From positions 23,374,001 to 23,438,000 of the forward strand of contig NC_043001.1 of NCBI RefSeq assembly GCF_006345805.1: 64,000 bases of DNA, written 5' to 3'. Shown here in pieces: positions 54,605 to 64,000 of the stretch (position 1 is its first letter; each line of letters begins with the position of its first letter). Origin of the DNA: Octopus sinensis (Eukaryota). The notes beneath the pieces were generated by a model. The model did no database searches. It was given only the letters and a program-made list of their open reading frames with translations, and was not told the DNA's origin. A program made the translations under genes and the position numbers.

Positions 54605-54634
54605 ACCTATCCATTCTTGTTGCTTCTTTCTCGC

Positions 54635-54687
<53 letters not shown>

Positions 54688-54689
54688 TA

Positions 54690-54846
54690 TGAGTGGCTGT
54701 GTGGTAAGTAGCTTGCTCACCAACCACATGGTTCTAGGTTCAGTCCCACTGCATGGCACCTTGGGCAAGTGTCTTCTACTATAGCCTCGGGCCGACCAGA
54801 GCCTTGTGAGTGGATTTGATAGATGGAAACTGAAAGAAGCCCGTCC

Positions 54847-54879
<33 letters not shown>

Positions 54880-55090
54880 GTGTGTGTGTTTGTGCATCTG
54901 TGTTTGTCCCCCCAACATTGCTTGACAACCGATGCTGGTACATTTACATCCCCGTAACTTAGTGGTTCAGCAAAAGAGACTGGTAGAATAAGTACTAGGC
55001 TTACAGAGAATAAGTCCTGGGGTAGATTTGCTCGACTAAAGGAAGTGCTCCAGCGTGGTTGCAGTCAAATGACTGAAACAAGTAAAAGAA
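54690..55090 (+). mobile_element. SINE family A, full-length
   Basis: Matches other family A copies. Confidence 0.9.
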
Positions 55091-55127
55091 TCTTATATAT
55101 ATATATACATACATACATACATATATA

Positions 55128-55880
55128 TCTTCTATATATATATAAAAGAGAGATTCTGTCCGTTTGTATGTTTGTCCCATAAGGTGAAAGTAAATGGTTC
55201 AAAGGAGGCAACACTAATTGTGTACAAACCTATGATGAACTGCATTGAGGCAAATATTCTCACTGGCTGTGGTAAACATGACACCGTCTTCGTACCTCAC
55301 ATACCAGTTACACCATCTAATGTCCCATTCAAATTTAAGCCCTTACAATTTCCTATCCCACTTCCTTTTGCCATGAGCATTAATAAAAGTCAGGGCCAAT
55401 CTTTCAATTCTCCTTGGGCATATGGCCCATTCAGATGTCAAAAGAAACCATGGCAAAAGGGTCTTCCACTTTACCTGTGGTCTTGTCAGTGCCATCTCAG
55501 ATCCCCTAAAGCTATTCTTCTAGCTTCATTCACGATATACCTATTTCTTTACTACCCACAAGGGGCTAAACGCAGAGAGGACAAACGGATTAAGTCGAGT
55601 ATATCGACCTCAGTGCGTAACTGGTACTTATTTAATCGACCCCAAAAGGATGAAAGGCAAAGTCGACCTCAGCGGACTGTCTATTCAAACGTCAAAAGGA
55701 ACAGTGACAAATAGATGTTCCACTTCATCTGTAGCCTTTACAGGGCCATCGCAGTCACCTGGATTCCTTAAAGCTATTCTTCTAGATGATATATCCATTT
55801 TTCTAGCTTCTTGGTTCCGATATGAACATTAATAAAAGTCAGGGCCAAACACTAAATGTTGCTGGATTGCAACATGAAGA
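55128..55880 (+). mobile_element. Helitron remnant (PIF1-like helicase C-terminal fragment)
   Basis: TCT..TATATAAAAG 5' end; IEANILTG...VPHIP...LQFPIPLPFAMSINKSQGQS; second MNINKSQGQTLNVAGL at ~55822. Confidence 0.8.
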
Positions 55881-56049
55881 ACAAACAGAAGTTCGTATAT
55901 GAAATCCATCTTTTTTCTACTTCTATTATTACATGTTTTTCTCTTATACACACATACAGCACAAGTAAACCTAAATCTGACTGACAGGACACAGCATTTG
56001 TAATTTCATTACAGTATTACTTACTGATATTCCTAATAAAAAACATGTC

Positions 56050-56462
56050 GGATCTTTTCGGTTTGAACGGCAGTTTTTCTAGCGGTGTCATATGAAATTG
56101 TCACCCATAATTATGACCCTAGTATTGATCTATTGCATTTCAATCTGTTTTAGGGTTAGGGGTGGAGGGAAGGGTATCTTTTTTATCTTCACAAATGTAA
56201 ATAAACCCAATCTGTTTCTTAAACGAGGGACATATTCATACGGCACAGAATGTTTTCACCTCAATAGACGTCATTGATTGGTTGAAATTGCAGAAATTGA
56301 AGAAAAACAAAAAAACAAATATCTCACAAACTCTAGAATTTTCTCAATAAAGCCAAGAGAAAAAGATGTTTTATAAACACATTCTACCAGTATACGAAGT
56401 TTAAAAGTGTTTAGTTACGTGGAAATTATTTTAAAAAACTGCAGTTCAAACCGAAAAGATCC
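56050..56462. mobile_element. MITE with 29-bp TIRs
   Basis: GGATCTTTTCGGTTTGAACGGCAGTTTTT / AAAAACTGCAGTTCAAACCGAAAAGATCC; no clear TSD. Confidence 0.8.
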
Positions 56463-58299
56463 AAGTTTTCTACTAAATGATTCAGACCGGTCAGTCATGT
56501 GCTTCAGTGTTTCCCATGTGAATTGCATAGTAATTACGCACGAACATACACAGAGAGGCACGGATGTAATTATGCAGACAGATAGACGAGTTTTAATTGT
56601 AGTGAGTGAAAATCAAGTGGATCTAGACAGTTTGGCTGTTGTTATTTTTTTAAATGCCTACAGCCAAATCAACTGGATCCCCCACGGAATTTACTAAAAG
56701 GTAAAGTTTATAAATACCAGAGGTTAAGTTCCCAGAGAAAGTAAAAACAAATTTCTCCCACGTAAGTTAACCTGATTTTGTCAATCCTGTACTTAATTTC
56801 TTTTAGCAGTAATCATAAAACTATTAGATAATACAAAAAACAAAAAAAAACTAAAAAAAATATTTACAGACGTAAGCAGTGAGAAAATGGAGAAGGCAGT
56901 AAAAAACAAAAACAAAAACTCCTGTATTACGTCAAGAAAATCTAGGGTTACATTGTAGAAAAATTTGAAATGCTTCAAAACACTCCCAGAATTGAGGATG
57001 GATCGCGAGGCTGAAGTGCTGCGACAGCTGGGTACCTGCCCACTGATCGAATTAGGAGAAACGTCACTCGATACACGCGGTGTCATTTTGCCCCACTTCA
57101 ACCCAACTAACTTGTTACGCTGAATATACCCTATCCTAGGAATTATAAAATAGATAATTTCTTACAACTTTGGTTTTGTAAGTTATACTGGCCCCTAGTT
57201 CGTAAATGCAGTTCGAAACACTAATGGAAGGAATGGGAAATATTGACCCAGTAAAACTACTTCATACTTTATTTATCCATCCATCTTTTTCACACATTAT
57301 TCCAGGATGGAGGTGATCGTGAGGACAGAATCCTCAGGTACCTCTTACATAAGGACTTACCAGAAGCAACTGTCATTAGGTTTCCCAGCTGGATTTCCAA
57401 ATATGACCATCTGAGACTATGGATCTACCGCTGGGTTTCCTGTCGGTTGGCTTGGCATCTTTGGCTCTTGGAACCTCCACTGTTGTCAGCACAACGGGCA
57501 ACGAGCCTTTTCCAAACAAACCGATCGTTTGCTTGCTATACTTTATCCAACTTGTATTTTTATATCAGTTATAATATTATCATACTACTCGTATAATTTC
57601 TTATAGTATAATCTCTTATCCTATACCATTCTTTTTGTTTTTTAAAAATAGTTTTCTGATTAGATTAGAAAAGATCACATCAGTTTTGTACTATATCACT
57701 TGTCCCTATATTTGTTTGTGGTTTTTAATTTTTTTTTTTTGTGCATAGTTATGGTTAACCAACCCCTAGGTCAACTTTGGTCAAGTAGATGTATGATAAA
57801 AACATATTCCAGCCATGAACACCCCATATTATGGTTTTTTTTTTGTTTTTCAGATACAGTGTATACTAGGATTACATCATCCAATGTGTAATTTTTTTAA
57901 AGGAGGTAGTGTATGATATTAAAGAGATTGGGCTGCTATTTCTAGCGAGTCGTGACCGCGTAGAAGCTCACTTTCGGCTGGCTTTGTACTTCGTTTTTGA
58001 ACTTGATAAAACCAGTACAATTATGAAACACGGAAAAAAAGTCACAAAAATAGATCACAAGAAAACTTTAAATAGATAACTGATTGTTAGTTTGTGTACA
58101 AGTGTTATTGTTTTAATAAAGATATTTCAAAGAAAAAACATCTCTTTCACATACAGTATTTTTTTTTATAAATTGTATTGTCATTGCGTAGAAGTAGCAT
58201 AACAGGAACTAAAAATGTTTTTTAATGAAAGATAAATGATATATGGCTTCCCTTTTTTTTCTCTTTCTGCAATGTTTTGTTTTGTTTTATTGTTTTATT

Positions 58300-59090
58300 A
58301 GTTTCAGCTCAAAGCTGTAGCCATACTGGGGAACCCCCTTTTTGCTACACTGCTATTATTGAGAGCCTCCTCTGATATGTGGCATTTGGTGAATAAGGGA
58401 GTTTGATGTCGCTATCCTCATTTGCACCTCCTGTCGCGAGGTAAGTTCATCTGGGATTCTCGACAGGAAGAGATCCAGTTTTGATTTGGAAATGCCAACA
58501 TTCACTTTGTGTAGGTCCCTCAGGCTCTTTGGAAAAATATTAAAAAGCTGTGGGCCCCTGAAACCCAGGCTGTTGCAGTAACTGGTCCAGAAGCACGATG
58601 GCATTGCTGGGATCTTTGGCACTGTGCAGTGTCGACCCGTTCTGGCATTTGTGTAGGTTTCAATGCCAAAATTTGGCACAATCCCTTCCAAGATCTTCCA
58701 GATGTATATAACTGCATACCTCTCCCGCCTACACTCCAGGGAGTAGAGTCTTAGCTGTTTCAGCTTTTCCCAGTAGCTGAGCTGTTGCAATAAGACAATC
58801 TTCTTTGTGAAGCTTTGCTGGATTGCTTCAAGGTCTGCTGTTAATTTTACACTGTTGGGTGATCATAGCTGGGAGCAGTAATCCAGGCAGCTGAGCATGA
58901 ATGTCCTCCAGAGGACCATCATGGCTTCTTTCTCTCTGGTTCTGAAGGTTTTCAGGATCCATTCAGTCAGTCATTTGCACTTTCTCACCATCCTGGCAAT
59001 GTACACTTGGAAAGCGATATCATCACTCATGTCGATACCCAGGTCCCGCACTGATTTAGGTTCTGGGATTGTGATCCCCTGTGGGCCAGC
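58300..59090 (-). mobile_element. CR1/L2-group LINE 3' fragment
   Basis: LSYWEKLKQLRLYSLECRRERYAVIYIWKILEG...GPQLFN; LDYCSQL upstream. Confidence 0.85.
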
Positions 59091-59185
59091 ATACCATATA
59101 AGTTTTATATTCAGAAAAGCAGAAAGTAAATTCTACAATAAATACCAGAAAGACATAATACAACAATAAGGATACTCATTGTGAC

Positions 59186-59218
<33 letters not shown>

Positions 59219-59269
59219 ATACACACACACACATACTTTGTACCTATTCTTAGTGCAAGTTTTGAAGAG

Positions 59270-60550
59270 TGCAGTTCAAGTTTAACAATCATTTTTTCGA
59301 AACTATAATGGAAGTGACAAAGGAGCATGTTTTGCTTTATGAGTTCAATAAAGGCAACAAGACTAAGGAAAGTGCGAGGAATATTAAAGCAGTATTTGGG
59401 GATTAGGCAATAAGCATAAGCCAGTGTCAACGATGGTTCCAGAAACTTTGAGCCACAAACTCCGGCCTAGAAGACAAGCCTTGTCCTGGAAGATTTGTAG
59501 AGTGCGACCGTTTCGCGACTGTTACCAGCGCCGCCCCGACTGGCCTCGTGCCGGTGGCACATAAAAAGCACCATCTGTTCGTGTCCGTTTGCCAGCTCTG
59601 TCTGGCACCTGTGCGGGTGGCACGTAAAAAGCACCATCTGTTCGTGTCCGTTTGCCAGCTCTGTCTGGCACCTGTGCGGGTGGCACGTAAAAAGCACCCA
59701 CTACACTCATGGAGTGGTTGGCGTTAGGAAGGGCATCCAGCCGTAGAAACACTGCCAGATCTGACTGGGCCTGATGCAGCCTTCTGGCTTCACAGACCCC
59801 AGTAGAACCGTCCAACCCATGCTAGCATGGAAAACGGACGCTAAACGATGATGATGATGATGATGATGACAAGGATGTCCTGGAAGATTTGTAGAGTGTG
59901 ACAAGGATGTCCTGCAAACCATGGTGGAACAAAATCACATTGTAACTGTTGAGGAACTACCAGAAAAGCTTTGGTTTGGTGATTCAACCATTCATCAACA
60001 CCTGCATGCCATTGGAAAAGTCAGCATATTGGGTCAGTGGGTTCCTCAGAAACTTCCCGAGTCTAATCACATGAAGAGAATGAATGTGTGCTCTTTGCTG
60101 TCATGTCTCATAAATGAACTTTTTTGGGATTGAATAGTGACTAGTGACAAGAAATGGGTTCTCTATAAAAATGTCAAGCGCCAAAGACAGTGTTGAGAAA
60201 AAGGAAAAACACCGCTACCCAAGGCTAAGAAAGTCTTCACCCATTTAAGGTGTTGTTATCTGTTTGGTGGGATATGAAAAGTTTAGTCCACTTTGAGCTT
60301 TTAAACTCAAACCAAACAATAACAAAGAAGATCTACTGTGAGTAGCTTGAGTGGCTTAAGTTAGTGCTAGAAGAAAACGATCATCTTTGGTTTCAAGACA
60401 AAAGGTGTTCTTCCATCAGGATACTGCCTGGCCACATACAGTGAGGATGACATTCCAAAGGCTGGAGCAGATTGAATGGGAACCGATGCTCCACCCACCA
60501 TATTCGCTGAACATTGCCCCATCTGATTATCATTTATTCTGCAGCCTTCA
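59270..60550 (+). mobile_element. Decayed mariner (DD34D) transposase with nested SINE B (59508-59870)
   Basis: ATG 59308; WVPQKL, IVTSDKKWV, FHQDTAWPH and HPPYSLNIAPSDYHLF motifs with stops and frameshifts. Confidence 0.9.
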
Positions 60551-60554
60551 AAGA

Positions 60555-62300
60555 GGTGTTGATCTAAAGCTGATCTCACTGCCAAAACTTGGGATGCAGA
60601 GCCCAATCTCAATGCCTCTTCTAAGTCCTTAACTGGGTTGCCCTCTATTCTAGCCTTGTCTAAGCTTAACTGTTGATGAAATCTAATAGACTCAAAGCGA
60701 ATGGCTCATTTGAGGGCAAACCACCACCTGTTATTCAACACAGTGCCAGTTAATGCCCTCTTAACTAACTCCTCAATCCGGTTATGGTACGCCTCACAGG
60801 ATAAAATAGTCTTGTTTAGCTTCTAATAGACAGATCCCTGTCTGTATACTCTATCTATGATCACCCTACATGTTACTAGTTTGTGATCCATATAAGTGAC
60901 CAGAAAGAACTGTGGACAACTAGAACTAGACTTATCTCTAGTCCTTACCACTACCCTGTCTAGATAAGACCATCATAACCTGTTGCCATTTGTCCAGGTT
61001 TACACTAGGATGTTCGAGCGATCAAGTCTGTAACAATCTGCCAACTGAAATCGCTTAAGCAGAACGGCAAGACGTAGGCGTCTTCTTCTAGCTGCTGCAC
61101 CAAAGCTATCCTGGCATGCATCCAGAATAGCATTAAAGTCACCTAACATGACTAATATCTTAGACGTCATGAGAAAGATTATCCTTGTCTGCAGAGCCAA
61201 GCCTTTTCAGAGCAACACTACTACCCCTCCTTGGCCCCTGGTTTGGCCAGGAGACATTATTTTCTCATAGCCATTCAAGAGTGCCGAGAAGGTGTAGGTC
61301 ATCCAACTTGGTCTCTGTAGCCACCAGAACATCTATACTATGTGAGCTGAGGTCATTGAAGAAACTTGCCTGCTTCCACTGAGCTCAGGCCATACACATC
61401 CTGCTCTCAAGTGGCCCTTCTGACCATATTTGAAACATCGAGGCTTTCTTCCCTCGACCTGAAGTTTTAGAATTGTCTCCTCTATGATCATCATGCAGTT
61501 GGGGATTTCTTCTAAATCTCCAGGTGTTGCCTGAATAAGGATGTCTATGCTCTGCCCTAACCAATTTTGGCGGGCAGAGCAGGTTATTTGTAAAATATTT
61601 AATTTTCCTTCACGCGTATAGCATAGTGCTTGCCACAGTCCAGGTTGCTACCTCCTCTATTCTTGTCTGGGACGTTTTATATCCCAGATATGAGGAAAGG
61701 AGTACCACCTCCTTAGTTTTTAGCATTCTTATTGAATGCTCTCTTGCTTTCTCCACCTCAATCTCACCTCAATGGTGGCAAATTTTTTGCCTCAGACCAC
61801 ATGTTATGTCGTTCCAAGTGGGCCCAAGGTATTTTTCAGTTTTCTCCTTAGTGATGTTTGAAATTTTCTTTTCCACCACATCATAGCATTTGTAAATTAC
61901 TGTTTTGTTATTTTTCTGTGAAGTTATTTCACTTGGTGGGGAGATGTGAACCTATCCCCCATCCACTGTTAACATGCAGTAGCATGCCTGGTACTCCAAT
62001 CTGGTTATTTTTATATCTTGGTGTGACACATTTGTCACTTCCACATAGTTTAATTGTTTTCACATTTTCCACAATTGGAGCTATTTGCTCTGGTCCCGTT
62101 TCATGATTTTGAATTTTCAAAGAAAATTCTTAATACAAAAATTTCTTGCGAAATATTTTTTTTACTCTCTAAAGAGAGTCACAAAAACAGTTTGAAGAAT
62201 ATGATGCAACAACAGTCAAAAACAGTTCAGTTCCCTCCTCCACAAGAGAAGCACATGATTTTCAACAACACTTGCAAGCAGGCAAAATTTTTAACAGAAC
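60555..62300 (-). mobile_element. L1/Tx1-like LINE remnant (APE endonuclease plus upstream ORF1-like region)
   Basis: VATETKL, MLGDFNAILD, YLDRV and DHKLV APE motifs on minus; boundaries approximate. Confidence 0.6.
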
Positions 62301-62331
62301 AATTTAACAATCAATATTAACAATACCTTAA

Positions 62332-64000
62332 TGTTATAACAAACAGCAAGTGTAAATCCAGCAACAAACCACAACAGAACTAGCACGACCTGCCTCACTT
62401 TCTCTGACCACTACTATTTATATATAGTGATCCAGTTCGTTCTTGCCAGGGGGTGTTGTACTCTTACACAACATCTTCCCTTTTGAGATTTCGTGTTCCA
62501 AAAGAAAAAAGAAATCTTTTTTATTTAAAAAATATATATATATATATTTTTATAGTATCTCTTTCAATTGGGCATTATCTGAAGGTGTTCAGACTGTTTT
62601 CTTTTTCACATACTGGTTCTACAGGACTCTGCTACTTCTGGTACTGGTACATTGTTCCATGGGAATATCTTCCTGACCTTAGGTATGCGTCTTCCTTATT
62701 TTGTTTGTATGTCTCTTATGTTCACTGTGTGACCCTTTAATTTGATATATCATACTTCCAATTTTTCTAGTAACAAGTCCATCTTCCCAGCCTTCTTAAC
62801 CTTTTCTATAGGTTTTGAAATGCACTTTATCACCTATTTCAACATATTTTGCTGGCTCTTTTGTATTTCCTTTACATCTTTTTTCTCTGGCAATAGCTCA
62901 TCAAAAATGGAATTTATTCTTCTTGTGAACATCAATTCTGTGGGAGACTGCCCTGAATTTGTAATTGTTTTGTGGGGTCACCCTGTATATTCCTAAGAAA
63001 TTTGTCAGGGCTTTGTCATTACTTAATTCATTTCTCGTTTTTCTGAACGCTCTCTTAAAGGTGTCCACAAATCTTTCTACCTGTCCGTTTGACCTCGGAT
63101 GGTAGGGTGAAGTGAAAATATGCTTTATCATATACCTTTACAGAAGTTCATGAATTCATACCCAGAGAACTGCATTCCATTATCTGACACTAGTGTGTTA
63201 GGGAAACAATTCATATAAGCAAACAATTCATATAAGAACTTTATAGTTGTCTTTGAGGTTGGTCTATAGCACCTGCAAACCTCTAACCACTTAGTACAGC
63301 TATCTACTACAATTAGGTAGTAAGTATCGTTTACCAGTCTGGCCTAGTCAGTGTGTAACCTAGACCATGGGTTCTCTGTCTCTGGCCACAATTGATATTT
63401 TACTGGCAGGGCTTTGGCCATGAGTGCGCAACCTTGGCACATTCTCACCAACTTTTTGATATCTCAGTCCATATACAGCCAATAGATCTAACTCCTCATC
63501 AGAGCCTTCATCCTTGCCATTCCTGGATGTCTGCTGTGACACAACTCTTTGGACATACCACAGAATATTGTCGCAAATTGAAAAATTACTGGCATCTGAA
63601 TTTTTATTCTGTTTATTCTTTAAAGCTTCTTTCATTTTCATAATATACTCATCACCTAAAGCTTTCATTCTTATATCCTGTGCAGTCTCTGGTAGTTCTT
63701 GGATAACGTTCATCATAACATTTTAAATTTTACTTTCTGCTTGTGGTGTGGCTATGTCTCCTCTAGTGGTTCCATATTTTTTGGAATTAACTTCGAAAGG
63801 CAGTCCACATGACCAACTTTATTTCGATGGAATGTATTCCATTTTGAAATCATAATTTAGTAATATTACATCCCAACATTGCAGGCAGTTCTATATACAG
63901 GCAGTATGAGTCAGTAACCCTTTTTTAGACCCATAAATCAACAGCAAAGGTCTGTGGTCTGTTTGCAATAAAAAAACTGCCATACAGAAACCTGTGAAAT
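62332..64000 (-). mobile_element. Gypsy LTR retrotransposon 3' part (RNase H, integrase, PPT, short 3' LTR 62332-62473)
   Basis: TDHRPL, VSDNG and SPYHPRSNGQVERFV on minus; purine tract AAAAGGGAAGA directly before TGTT...AACA. Confidence 0.85.

Larger units (their letters stand above)
53799..54634. repeat. Near-perfect long inverted repeat (414/415-bp arms, 7-nt spacer), PLE-tail derived
   Basis: Arms 53799-54212 and 54220-54634; one substitution and one homopolymer indel found by eye; identical 60-aa ORFs on opposite strands. Confidence 0.97.

Noticed and set aside
55172-55714. 180-aa ORF as a host PIF1 gene
   Set aside because: Only the N-terminal part is helicase-like, it runs into SINE sequence, and it follows a Helitron 5' end.
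59553-59700. CRISPR-like repeat/spacer pattern
   Set aside because: The spacers are identical or homologous, so this is a minisatellite inside a SINE; eukaryotic context and no cas genes.

Overview
AT-rich, repeat-dense eukaryotic DNA. The SINE families, (TA)n/(CA)n microsatellites and gene style point to a coleoid cephalopod, most likely Octopus (inference). There is one host gene: a complete 13-exon DEAD-box RNA helicase of the DDX5/DDX17 (p68/p72, Dbp2) subfamily on + (CDS 9291-25067, 2241 nt, 746 aa, all introns GT-AG). The rest is transposon debris: tRNA-derived SINEs, CR1-, RTE-, R4- and Tx1-like LINE fragments, a Penelope-like element (PLE), Tc1/mariner, hAT and other MITEs, Helitrons, a Gypsy fragment and a solo LTR. 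Two unannotated layers stand out. (1) Several minimal type-I hammerhead ribozyme motifs: two sit in a near-perfect 414-bp-arm palindrome (53799-54634), and two sit in a ~356-bp tandem, retrozyme-like repeat split by a solo LTR (39069-40432). (2) A candidate splicing autoregulation module in helicase intron 11: a stop-containing exon with poly(A) signals, a decoy/recursive splice-site cluster, and a hairpin between the pyrimidine tract and the 3' AG. Structures were read by eye; activity and expression are untested.
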